A stretch of DNA of 64,000 nt from an uncultured Chloroflexia bacterium (GTDB lineage: Bacteria > Chloroflexota > UBA6077 > JACCZL01). Below, one piece after another: positions 30,996-40,226 of this stretch. Under the pieces are notes generated by a model. The model had not been told where the DNA came from. It saw only the letters and a program-made list of their open reading frames with translations, and did no database searches. The stretch covers positions 32,001 to 96,000 of the forward strand of contig CAVXYC010000010.1 in the NCBI GenBank assembly GCA_963765765.1. Direction: 5' to 3'. Numbering within the stretch: the first letter of the stretch is position 1; every line of letters starts with the position of its first letter. A program made the translations under genes and the position numbers.

Positions 30996-32396
30996 ATGCC
31001 GCGCGCGATCCCGACACGCCGCCTTCACCGACCCACCGCAGTCCCGGTGGACTCGGACGGCGGGCACGAGCCTCCGACACGTCAACGCAATGATCCCGAT
31101 AGTGCGGCGACCGCTCTCCCAGTTGTAATCGGCCAGGAGCTGCTTTCGGCCATCTGGGATTCGGCGACCGACGCGATCGCGGTCTCCGATGCGTATGGCA
31201 GAGTGTTAATGGCCAACCCGGCGTATTGTGCGCTGTACGGCTATGGGCTCGATGATGTGATCGGCCGGAGTTTCGCGCTGATCTTCCGTTCGGAGGACCG
31301 AAGCAGGGCTGAGGCGGGCTACCGGGCCACGTTTCACGGTCCTGTCCCGTCTGGCACGGTTGAATCGGCCGTCCAACTCGCCGATGGCTCCGAGCGCACC
31401 GTGGAGGCGCGCTTCCATTTCCTCACCGATGCGGGCGTGCGCACCGCGATGGTGTCCCTCGTCCGGGACATCACTGATCGCAAGCGTTTGGAGCAGAATG
31501 AGCGTGAGTTCCTGGCTATGGTAGCCCACGCGCTGCGGAATCCGCTGGCATCGATTGGCGGCTACACGCAGCGTATGCGACGGACCCGTGAGTACTCGGA
31601 GCACTCGATGGAGGCCGTACTGCGGCAGACGGCGGACCTCAATCGGTTGGTCGGCGACCTGGTCGATGTTGCCGCCCTCGAAGCGGGACATCTACGGCTC
31701 GAACGGCAGGCAGTCCGCCCGGATGAGCTCGCCAAGGCGGTCGCTCGGCAGGCTCAGGCGGGGACCGATCGTCATCGAATCCGCGTGCGGATAGATGGAC
31801 CCATCGACATCGCCATGTGGGACCCCGTGCGCATCGGTCAAGTGTTGGACAATCTGCTCGCTAACGCCATCAAGTATTCGCCTGAGGGCGGCGAGATCCT
31901 AGTCTCGCTGCGCGCCGATGGAAGGTCCGTGCGCCTGTCCGTGAGCGATGCCGGGATCGGAATCTCGGCGCCGCGCCTCCCGCGTCTCTTCGAACGGTTC
32001 TATCGAGTTCCGGATTCGTCCGACAATGCCACTGGTCTGGGATTGGGCCTGGCCATCAGTCGGGCGCTGGTCGTCGCGCACGGCGGGTCGATCGAGGTTG
32101 AGTCGACCGTGGGACGCGGCTCGACGTTCACGATAGTGCTCCCGTTCTCGGGTGACTTCTCGATGCCCCAGGAGACGGCCGCGTTGACCTCACGAGAATT
32201 GGAGGTCGCTCGCCTGATCGCGGCGGCGCACTCGAACCGGGAGATTGGCGAACGGCTCTGCATCACCGCCGGAACCGTCGCGAACCACATCCAACACATC
32301 CTGGCGAAGCTGGGCGTTAGTAACCGCGGTCAGATCACGCTGTGGATCGTGGAGCACGGCCTCCTTGCTGAGTCATCGACCGGTCTCGGGCGCTAG
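30996..32396 (+). CDS. PAS sensor histidine kinase fused to a C-terminal LuxR HTH
   Basis: PAS (NPAYCALYGY...RDITDRK), HisKA (AHALRNPL), NLLANAIKYS, D.GIG, GLGLGL, then LTSRELEVARLIA..SNREI. Confidence 0.9.
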   Translation: MPRAIPTRRLHRPTAVPVDSDGGHEPPTRQRNDPDSAATALPVVIGQELLSAIWDSATDAIAVSDAYGRVLMANPAYCALYGYGLDDVIGRSFALIFRSEDRSRAEAGYRATFHGPVPSGTVESAVQLADGSERTVEARFHFLTDAGVRTAMVSLVRDITDRKRLEQNEREFLAMVAHALRNPLASIGGYTQRMRRTREYSEHSMEAVLRQTADLNRLVGDLVDVAALEAGHLRLERQAVRPDELAKAVARQAQAGTDRHRIRVRIDGPIDIAMWDPVRIGQVLDNLLANAIKYSPEGGEILVSLRADGRSVRLSVSDAGIGISAPRLPRLFERFYRVPDSSDNATGLGLGLAISRALVVAHGGSIEVESTVGRGSTFTIVLPFSGDFSMPQETAALTSRELEVARLIAAAHSNREIGERLCITAGTVANHIQHILAKLGVSNRGQITLWIVEHGLLAESSTGLGR

Positions 32397-32697
32397 CCTT
32401 TGCGTGCGTGTCGGGGGTTCGCACTCGCCGCGGCATGATCTTCCTTCACCAGCCCAAGAAGGGAGCGCGCCCAACACCCCAGATCCTCCAGACGGGCCTT
32501 ACTTGACAGCTCCGCTGGGTGCGTCCGCTCCCAATCGCGGACATGGTCGATGTCCGCGAGGACGAGGTGTGCGAGTACGTTACGGTCTATTGGTCGCTGC
32601 CCATACTTGACGTTATAGGTCCGAGCCCAAGGAACGCGCCGCCCGATACCGCGTCGTTCAATCGAGCAGCCAGCACATTCAATTCGGTCCAGTCCAC
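32393..32697 (-). CDS. uncharacterised 'DW' family protein, paralogue B (1-nt deletion at ~32610)
   Basis: GGAGGG RBS plus GTG: MDWTELNVLAARLNDAVSGGAFLGLGPIT / KYGQRPIDRNVLAHLVLADIDHVRDWERTHP. Confidence 0.75.
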
Positions 32698-32825
32698 CGC
32701 GGCCCTCCGCGCATTCCGTCGCCGTGGCTTGCGGACGCGCCAAGAACTCGGGATGCGAGCGTCAGCGTATCAACCCTGGCTTGCTCCAACTCGCCCGGGC
32801 GCCAAAAAATGTGTACATCAACACA

Positions 32826-33004
32826 TGTCCCCCTTCTCAGCCACCGAACGCCACGTTGGAACGGTGTCCCGCGCGGCGGAGAGGCTCCTGGCCGATGCCG
32901 TGCTGTCCAAGCCGTTCCAGTTAGACGAGCTTCTTCGAGCCATCCTGGACTTGGTCGAGCCACACTCGAAGCCGTGTAAGCCACGTAGCCAATGTTTCTC
33001 CTGA
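32826..33004 (+). pseudogene. receiver-domain C-terminal remnant
   Basis: AAERLLADAVLSKPFQLDELLRAI; N-terminal receiver half absent. Confidence 0.55.
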
Positions 33005-33316
33005 TAGGGCCCATTCGGGGCCGTCTTGTAGAGACGCATTGGTACACCGGCATAGCCCATGCCTTAGGCCTCACTAATCTTGCAAAAGCGATGATCACCT
33101 ACCACAGTGTCACAGCAGGCCAAGTCGGGTCGATGTCGGAGTGCCATCGATGTCGGAATGCCATCAAGGAAAGACGTCCGTAGAACGTCGAGCGCCTGAA
33201 AGCCTCGTCGACGTGAGCACGCGAACCGAAAACGGATGCGGGCTTACTTCCTTTCGTCATTCGCGGCATCCCCGCAATGCTCCACATTCTCGCGCCCGAA
33301 AAGGTGGTCCAATCTG

Positions 33317-33676
33317 ATGCCAAGCGTCTTGGTCGTGGACGACGATCTCGCGTTACGCACGATGATCGCCCAACTGATGTCCGACGAGGGCTGGCAGGTC
33401 CGCGGCGCCTCCGACGGGGCCGATGCGCTCGCGGTGCTCGACACCTGGCTCCCGGATGTGTTGCTCGTCGACCTGACGATGCCGCGCATGGACGGGCGGG
33501 TCTTCATCTCGGAAGTCACCCGCATGAATCGCACGGCGAACATCTCGATAGTAGTCATGTCCGGGCGTGGGGCCGTCCATCCGGCGGCGGCCGAGCTCCG
33601 CGCGGCCGCCGCAATGGAAAAACCGTTCGAGGTTCGGGAGCTCGTTGATACTCTCGCAGCACTCATCCTGAAGTAA
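33317..33676 (+). CDS. single-domain response regulator (CheY-like)
   Basis: VLVVDDD, PDVLLVDLTMPRMDG, MSG, EKPF. Confidence 0.92.
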   Translation: MPSVLVVDDDLALRTMIAQLMSDEGWQVRGASDGADALAVLDTWLPDVLLVDLTMPRMDGRVFISEVTRMNRTANISIVVMSGRGAVHPAAAELRAAAAMEKPFEVRELVDTLAALILK

Positions 33677-33819
33677 GAATCGAGCCGGTTAAGTTCCCGA
33701 AGGAGCCATGGCGACCGGGTATCGTGGCATGCGGTCTCGGAGATATCCCTCAGCGAGCCTTGCCTGGCGGCATAGTCTTTGCAAAAAATGATTCAGCAGC
33801 TTACGCGGGGAGCCCCAGA

Positions 33820-34143
33820 TTGGATTGGTCTGAGCTCGATCGGATTTGCGACCAGCTTGGCCGTGTACAGAGGGAGGGAGCGTTCCGTGGACTCTTACCG
33901 GTTGCACTGCATGCCGGTGACCGTCCAATCGACGCCGATCTTCTTGCGCGAATCATCCTGGCTGATATCGACCATCTACGAACGTGGGAACGGACGCACA
34001 CGCCTCATGAGTCTTCGGATCACCGCCGCGATCAGCTCGGAGCCGAGGCGCAGCGCGTGTTATCAATTCTTCACGATAGACATTTCCCGGCAACCGGAGA
34101 CGATTCTGGAGCAGCCGCGCAGCAAGTTGCGTTCGGCTGCTGA
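33820..34143 (+). CDS. uncharacterised 'DW' family protein, paralogue C
   Basis: GGGGAG RBS plus TTG: MDWSELD...GAFRGLLPVAL..GDRPIDADLLARIILADIDHLRTWERTH. Confidence 0.8.
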   Translation: MDWSELDRICDQLGRVQREGAFRGLLPVALHAGDRPIDADLLARIILADIDHLRTWERTHTPHESSDHRRDQLGAEAQRVLSILHDRHFPATGDDSGAAAQQVAFGC

Positions 34144-34165
34144 ATCTTTGTCTGATCGGTGACAC

Positions 34166-34205
34166 AGCAAGGGGCCCTCGGGAAAGGTCCCGAGGGCCCC
34201 TTGCT
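34166..34205. terminator. 18-bp stem hairpin between convergent genes
   Basis: agcaaggggccctcggga-aagg-tcccgagggccccttgct. Confidence 0.75.
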
Positions 34206-34333
34206 CGCTTCCGGGCAGCGCGATGGCCCCTTAGACGGCGCCGCCTCCGAGTATCGCGAAGCGTTCGATGGTCGACGCCGGGGCCCTCGCTTGCTCTCAC
34301 ATTTGTGATGCGCCGTTGGGTGGGCGACGTCCG

Positions 34334-35161
34334 TTAGGCTTCTCCCGGCTTCCGAGCGCGAACAAAGGCGCTCACCACTCGTCCTTCAGCGTCGACCGGT
34401 TCTGACACCTCACCACCGCAGCAGCCGCCACTCTGCGCGATGTCCGCCATGTTGTAGACGCGCGTGACTTCGAGATCCACCTGGCCGAATCCGGCCTCTG
34501 CCAGGAGGCGCCGATACTCTTGCTCCTCGAGAGCACCGGCGATGCAACCGACCCACGATTCCATGCTCTCGCGGAGCTCGGCCGGCATCTCGCCCTGGGC
34601 CACCACGTCCGACACGGCAAAGAGTCCGCCGGGCTTGAGGACCCGGAATGCCTCCTTCAGGACCTGGCCTTTATCGGTGGACAGGTTGATGACGCAGTTG
34701 GAAATGATGACGTCCACCGTGTCATCGGGGAGAGGTATCGCCTCGATCTGGCCCTTGAGGAACTTGACGTTCTCGGCGCCCGCTTTGAGCCGATTCTGCT
34801 CGGCGAGGTGCAGCATCTCATCGGTCATATCTAATCCGTACGCAAAGCCAGTTGGCCCAACTCGGCGAGCGGAGAGCAGCACATCGATCCCTCCCCCGCT
34901 TCCAAGGTCGAGAACGACCTGACCTGGCTCAAGCGTGGCCAGTGCGGTCGGGTTGCCACACCCGAGCGATGCTTTTGCAGCATCCTCAGGAATCACCGCG
35001 AGCTCCTCCGAAGAATAGAGCGCGGAGGTGATGGCATCGTAGTCGACCTCGCCACCGCAACACGAAGCAGTGCCGCCACCCGCCACGGCCTGCGCACGGG
35101 CCGCGTACTTTTCTCGGACGGTCTCGCGAATGCTCGATGCAGACGATTGTTCAGTGGTCAC
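34334..35161 (-). CDS. arsM: arsenite S-adenosylmethionine methyltransferase
   Basis: SLGCGNP, VLDLGSGGGID, SNCVINL, WVGCIAGA, CC pairs. Confidence 0.95.
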   Translation of the reverse strand: MTTEQSSASSIRETVREKYAARAQAVAGGGTASCCGGEVDYDAITSALYSSEELAVIPEDAAKASLGCGNPTALATLEPGQVVLDLGSGGGIDVLLSARRVGPTGFAYGLDMTDEMLHLAEQNRLKAGAENVKFLKGQIEAIPLPDDTVDVIISNCVINLSTDKGQVLKEAFRVLKPGGLFAVSDVVAQGEMPAELRESMESWVGCIAGALEEQEYRRLLAEAGFGQVDLEVTRVYNMADIAQSGGCCGGEVSEPVDAEGRVVSAFVRARKPGEA

Positions 35162-35175
35162 AGTAAGCTCCTTAT

Positions 35176-35191
35176 ATTGATCATTGTCTAT
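35176..35191. promoter_or_regulatory. ArsR-type operator upstream of arsM
   Basis: Minus strand ATAGAC-AATG-ATCAAT, an imperfect copy of the 35597 palindrome. Confidence 0.55.
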
Positions 35192-35213
35192 GTCACTGTG
35201 TAAAAAAGGGGGC

Positions 35214-35576
35214 TCAGGTAACGCTTTGCACCTCCGGAAGAGTGAGGTAGTGAGAAAGGCTGCTCAGCAGCTCCAGCCCGTTCGGATCCACCGCGTAATA
35301 GGCCCAGGTTCCGCGGCGTGACACCGTGACGAGCCCGGCCTCGCGCAGCACTTTGAGATGGTGCGAAATGGTGGGCTGGGTCAGATTGAACTGGGAGACG
35401 ACGTCACACACGCACAGCGCTTCCGCATGCCCGGCGATCAAACGGAAGACTTCAAGGCGCGTCGGATCACCGAGCGCCCGGAATACCGCGACCAGGCGCT
35501 CCTGCCGCTCAGTCGATAAAGGGCTCGGTGCCGTTACGGGTGGGCAACAGGCTGGCGAGATGACATCCAGATTCAT
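35214..35576 (-). CDS. arsR: ArsR/SmtB family regulator
   Basis: ALGDPTRL, LCVCD, QPTISHHLKVLREAGLV; N-terminal ACCPP. Confidence 0.92.
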   Translation of the reverse strand: MNLDVISPACCPPVTAPSPLSTERQERLVAVFRALGDPTRLEVFRLIAGHAEALCVCDVVSQFNLTQPTISHHLKVLREAGLVTVSRRGTWAYYAVDPNGLELLSSLSHYLTLPEVQSVT

Positions 35577-35596
35577 AAGGTGAGTATAGACTATAA

Positions 35597-35680
35597 ATAG
35601 ACATTTGTCTATATATGGCGATTTATTCAATAACTTGATTCATGCGTGGTCTAGTATCCACAATATCAACGATGGTTGAT
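35597..35680. promoter_or_regulatory. ArsR-type operators in the divergent promoter
   Basis: ATAGAC-ATTT-GTCTAT (35597-35612) and ATCAAC-GATG-GTTGAT (35665-35680). Confidence 0.7.
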
Positions 35681-36049
35681 CTACATGTGCTCACGGTACC
35701 TGCGCGCGACGTCTCCGAGGTCGTCGCGGAGTTCTTGCGACTCGTTAACGATGCCACGAGGCGCCGCATCTTTCTCCTTCTCATGGAGGGAGAGATCTGT
35801 AATTGCGAGCTCTCTGATCGGCTGGCACTTCCCCAAAATCTGATCAGCCACCACATCCGCCAGTTTCGCAATGCCGGACTCGTACAGTCGCGGCGAGACC
35901 CTCAGGACCAGCGCTGGATCTACTTTCGTGTCGATACAATCCTGCTGGCACAGATCCACGAGGAGCTGAGTGCCGTCTTTGACCCGGCCTCTGTCGGCGA
36001 CCGCGCGGCGGAGTGCGGCCCCATGAATCCTCCGCCATCGTCGGAATAG
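35672..36049 (+). CDS. arsR: ArsR/SmtB family regulator (second, divergent; start uncertain)
   Basis: EICNCEL, QNLISHH, GLVQSRRD..D.RWIYF. Confidence 0.88.
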   Translation: MVDLHVLTVPARDVSEVVAEFLRLVNDATRRRIFLLLMEGEICNCELSDRLALPQNLISHHIRQFRNAGLVQSRRDPQDQRWIYFRVDTILLAQIHEELSAVFDPASVGDRAAECGPMNPPPSSE

Positions 36050-36117
36050 GAAAGGACTGAACCGTTGCATCTCGTGGCACCAATACATCAACAGCCATTG
36101 AATCGCTGCTCGATAAC

Positions 36118-37029
36118 GTGCGTTCCGCGCTAATCGGCGAGTTGCTCGGCACGTTTCTCCTGGTCCTTTTCGGCATCGGGTCTGTGGCCTCGGCCGTGCT
36201 CACGGGAGCCCTCCAGGGATTGTGGCAGGTGGCGGTGGTCTGGGGCTTCGGGGTTGCGTTGGCCATCTACTGCTCCGCCTCGCTCTCAGGCGCCCATCTC
36301 AACCCGGCGGTCACGCTGGCGATCGCGGCGCTTCGGCGGGATACATTCCCATTCCGCTTGATCCTTCCCTATTGGGGCGCCCAGCTCGCTGGAGCCATAG
36401 GCGCCGGCCTGGTGGTGCTGGTTGCCTTCGCCCCGTATTTGACGCGCTTCGAGGCGCGCGAAGGCCTCGTCCGTGGGGCCCCGGGCAGTGAACGCGCCGC
36501 GATGATCTTCGGCGAATATTTTCCCAATCCCGCGATCTTCGGTACAGGCCCGGATGCCGCGGCGTTAACCTCGCCCCTCGAAGCGGCCCTGGTGGAGGCG
36601 CTCGGCACGGCGATCCTGGTATTCGTCATCTTCGCCCTGACCGATCCACGCAATCGCACGGCGCCGGCGCCAGGCATGCTGCCGTTCTTCATCGGCTTCA
36701 CGGTGGCGATCTTGATCTGTCTTTTCGCGCCGATCACCCAGGCCGGCTGGAATCCCGCCCGCGACTTCGGACCACGGCTGGTCGCCTGGGCGGCGGGTTT
36801 CGGGGACATCGCGATTCCAGGACCACGAGGCGGTTTCTGGATTTATATCATCGGCCCGCTCATGGGTGGCATCGCGGGCGGGTGGATTTACGATCGCGGG
36901 ATCGGGCCACTGATGCCGCCAAAACGCTTGTCCCCCGACGCCGAATCATCGAGGCGATGTCGACCCCGGGGAGAACCTGGAGTGACGGCCATGGCCTGTA
37001 ATGACGTCGACCCTGAGGCGAGCTTATGA
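36118..37029 (+). CDS. aquaglyceroporin (GlpF/AqpS-like MIP channel)
   Basis: SGAHLNPAVT and WNPARDFGPR (NPA-R-D glyceroporin signature). Confidence 0.92.
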   Translation: MRSALIGELLGTFLLVLFGIGSVASAVLTGALQGLWQVAVVWGFGVALAIYCSASLSGAHLNPAVTLAIAALRRDTFPFRLILPYWGAQLAGAIGAGLVVLVAFAPYLTRFEAREGLVRGAPGSERAAMIFGEYFPNPAIFGTGPDAAALTSPLEAALVEALGTAILVFVIFALTDPRNRTAPAPGMLPFFIGFTVAILICLFAPITQAGWNPARDFGPRLVAWAAGFGDIAIPGPRGGFWIYIIGPLMGGIAGGWIYDRGIGPLMPPKRLSPDAESSRRCRPRGEPGVTAMACNDVDPEASL

Positions 37030-37469
37030 AGCAGCGAATCTTATTCCTGTGCACACACAACTCGGCCCGGTCGCAGATGGCGGAGGGCCTTTTGAGGTTC
37101 CTCGATGGCGAGCACTTCGATGCCTTTTCCGCGGGCACCGAGGCGACCAGGGTCCGACCGCTAGCTATTCAGGCGATGGCGGACGTGGGAATCGACATCT
37201 CTGGGCAGCAAAGCAAGACACTAGACCGCTATCTCAACGAGCCGTTCGACATCGTAATCACGGTCTGCGACCAGGCCAACGAGCAGTGCCCGGTCTTCTT
37301 TGGTGCCAAGGAACGACGACATTGGAGCTTCCCCGATCCATCCCAGGCCAGCGGAACGGACGCCGAGCAGCTCAACGTGTACCGGGACGTCCGCGATGGA
37401 ATCCGCGATCGGATTGAGCGAGAGCTGCTGCACCATGTTGAGTACGAACAGCAAGGCCTTCAGCGCTGA
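37026..37469 (+). CDS. arsC: arsenate reductase (thioredoxin-dependent, LMW-PTP fold)
   Basis: FLCTHNSARSQMAE, ITVCD....CP, HWSFPDP; ATGA overlap with the aquaporin gene. Confidence 0.95.
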   Translation: MKQRILFLCTHNSARSQMAEGLLRFLDGEHFDAFSAGTEATRVRPLAIQAMADVGIDISGQQSKTLDRYLNEPFDIVITVCDQANEQCPVFFGAKERRHWSFPDPSQASGTDAEQLNVYRDVRDGIRDRIERELLHHVEYEQQGLQR

Positions 37470-37968
37470 TTGAGGTCAAATTGCGTGATTCAGGAGTGAC
37501 GACGTGGATGGCCAGCGCCCCCGAAGCCGAAAAGGCGGCGTGCTTCGCGAGCGCTGAGGCAACCCGCAGGCTCGAGTTGGGGGTGAGGAGCTACCGAGAC
37601 TCCGCGCTGGGCCCTCGCTTAGGTCCTGTTCGCTGCCATGGTCGCGCGGCCGGCCTGGGGCTCGCGGCCGATTTCCCGTACGATCCAGATCGTGTAGCCT
37701 GGATTCGCAGTTTGGCGTGGATGATCTGGATGGTCGTCGTTGCCTGGACGATGAAGTTGTGATGGCGGACTAATGCTCATCATCGAAGTCACTAAGCCTC
37801 ATAGCAAACGCGCTCCTATTTTGAATCCGGCCCCCTTCTCTGGCAGTTCAAAGCCCATTTGCCTAAAGCCAGGTGCCGACAGGCAGTTGCCAATCCCATC
37901 CCGTCGTCGGAACCCCGGGTCAGATTCGCCCGTTCAATGAAGCTGTCGTCAATGAGCTGAGATCTATC

Positions 37969-38993
37969 ATGACCAACCAACGTCAACTGACACCGGTAAG
38001 TACTCGGAAAGGGCGGGTTCCTCGGTATCTTGTCTGGTTGGGGAGGATCGTTTCAGTCCTTCTCGGTGTTCATGCTGGGCACGCCTGCGGGATGGCGGCA
38101 GAAGATCGAATGTCCGAGCGTATCCTCCTACAGGTCAATGGTGGGGGTGGGCGGCCATCGACTCCACCTCAACTGCCTGGGTGAAGGCAATCCCACCGTG
38201 GTGATCGATGCGGGTTGGGGTGATTGGTCTGCGTCCTGGAGCAGCTGGGTCCAGCCCGCTGCGGCCAGGACCACGCGAGTGTGTACCTATGATCGCGCCG
38301 GCATGGGCTACAGTGATCCAGGCCCGCTGCCGCGCACGGCCGAGCAATTCGCTCAAGAATTGCACCTTGCACTGAATCACGCGCGCATTCCTGGCCCCTA
38401 CGTGTTAGTTGGTCACTCGGCGGGCGGTTAAACCGAGAGCGTATTCGCGCACGAGTTTGCCACGGAGGTTGCCGGGTGGTGCTCATCGATTCGATGAGCC
38501 CGGGAGAAGCTCGGAATTCTGGCGCGACGACATCACCACCGATGGAGGCGCCGACCGCCACGACTGGATCCTCACACTCCCAGCTCGGATTGGCTTGTTA
38601 CGTGTGTTAGCCGGACCACTGGGAATGAAATCGGGGTTGGCCCCCGACATCGCCGACGCCTACGCCGGGTTCTCAGTGACACCCCGCGCTCTTCAGGCGA
38701 CCATTGATGAAGGCAGGAGTATCTCCGAAAGTTTGGACCAGGCGGGCGCCGTCACGAGCTTTGGCGCGATACCCTTGATCGTGCTGTCGCGCGGACTCGA
38801 TCAGCGGGACGACTGGGAGAGGTTGCAGACGGAGCTCCTCAAACTGTCATCCGATAGTCAGCAATTGATCGCGGACAAGAGCGGTCACAATGTCCAACTT
38901 GACCACCCAGAAGCAGCGGTGAGGGCCATTGTGCAGATGATCGAGCACATCCGCATGCTGGATGACAACGCCCATGGCAGCTCCGCTTCATAA
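37969..38993 (+). pseudogene. alpha/beta hydrolase, multiply frameshifted
   Basis: Fragments LHLNCLGEG.PTVV, YDRAGMGYSD, LVGHS.GG, SGHNVQLD in different frames. Confidence 0.75.
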
Positions 38994-39161
38994 ACAACGG
39001 AAAGGCGCGTGGATCGCGCTCGCACCAGCTCGTGGCCGTCACACTCTCGATGGGTTGCGACCACCACGCTAACGCGTCCTAGTGTTGGCGCGTCGTGGGC
39101 AACACCAGCACGGATATATCGCACGACACGAGTCGCGCGCAGGCAGTGGCGAAACGCCTTC

Positions 39162-39201
39162 CCCAATAATGGGCCAGCCGAAGGGCTGGCCCATTATTGG
39201 G
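39162..39201. terminator. 18-bp stem hairpin
   Basis: cccaataatgggccagcc-gaag-ggctggcccattattggg between convergent genes. Confidence 0.75.
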
Positions 39202-39222
39202 TGTTGCGATGGTCTTCCGGCG

Positions 39223-40059
39223 CTACGGCTCGGTGCGCGTTTTCCCGGACGGCACCCAGAAGACGTGGGTGACCTTCTTGTGGCCATTCCCCTGGTCCAG
39301 CTCGTAAACATTCGGGCGCCCGCTCGGGTCGCTCCGCACCGCCCGGCCCCAGTCTGACGGGGAGTCACCTGGCTCATCGTCGCGGTTCTGAGAGCCGCGC
39401 GTCGAGGGCGCGATTGCCCCGACGGTGGTCGTGCTATCCAGGTGACCGGGAGTGGGCCTGTAAATACTTATCAGCTGATCATAGTCATGCTGGTTCGGAT
39501 GCTGGTTCGTGCTCGGATTGTTGGTGTAGTCCATGCACGTGCCGAGGTTCGCGTTGCTGAAATTCTCGTCCTGGTGGTCCAGCCCGAAGGTGTGGCCGAC
39601 TTCCTGACATGAGACCAGATTCCGCCAGGCCGTGGTGTTATAGGTTGACGTGTTGAAGTACGTGTCGTTGAGTTTCACCGTGCCCTGGGTAATGTGATTG
39701 CCGTTGGCCCAGATTGACGCCACCCCCAGCCAGCCGTTTTTCCCGTAGCTCGCGTTACATACCTCGACGCGTCCCGCGGTAGCTCGACACTGGCGCGCGG
39801 TGGTCGTCCCGGACACGATGGTTGTATTCAGAACTTCTGACTGAGTCCAGTCGCCTGAAGTCGTTCCGAGGATCGGCTTCCAAGTACTGGAGAGGTTGTC
39901 ACCCAGCCTTAACGTGAATGGATTCGCTGTCCGCGCCCAGTGGTAGCCGCCCCATGAGTGGCTTGCTTCTGCCGGGGCTGTGAAGGCCCCGAGCATCGGC
40001 ACACCAAATAGCGTGGCCAAGCCGAGTGAGAACAGCAATCGTCGATACATCAAATCCAT
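39223..40059 (-). CDS. secreted metzincin-like protein with QExxHxxGLxH motif
   Basis: Signal peptide (AEA), CQEVGHTFGLDH, Met-turn TCMDY. Confidence 0.8.
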   Translation of the reverse strand: MDLMYRRLLFSLGLATLFGVPMLGAFTAPAEASHSWGGYHWARTANPFTLRLGDNLSSTWKPILGTTSGDWTQSEVLNTTIVSGTTTARQCRATAGRVEVCNASYGKNGWLGVASIWANGNHITQGTVKLNDTYFNTSTYNTTAWRNLVSCQEVGHTFGLDHQDENFSNANLGTCMDYTNNPSTNQHPNQHDYDQLISIYRPTPGHLDSTTTVGAIAPSTRGSQNRDDEPGDSPSDWGRAVRSDPSGRPNVYELDQGNGHKKVTHVFWVPSGKTRTEP

Positions 40060-40226
40060 CCCCCGTGGTTCGCGGAACGCGCAAACGGCTTTCGCTTAGC
40101 TCGGCGACTTATCGAAGCTGTGATGAGCCGCCTGGTCATCGAGCGCCTAGTATAACGCGCGGGAAGGTTATGGCGGCCCGGAATGAGATTGCGGCGCAGT
40201 CTCGAATGGGTTGAGTTGGCGAGGCG

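Noticed and set aside
37481-37762. 93-aa ORF after arsC
   Set aside because: No RBS or family motif; at most a degenerate membrane-protein remnant
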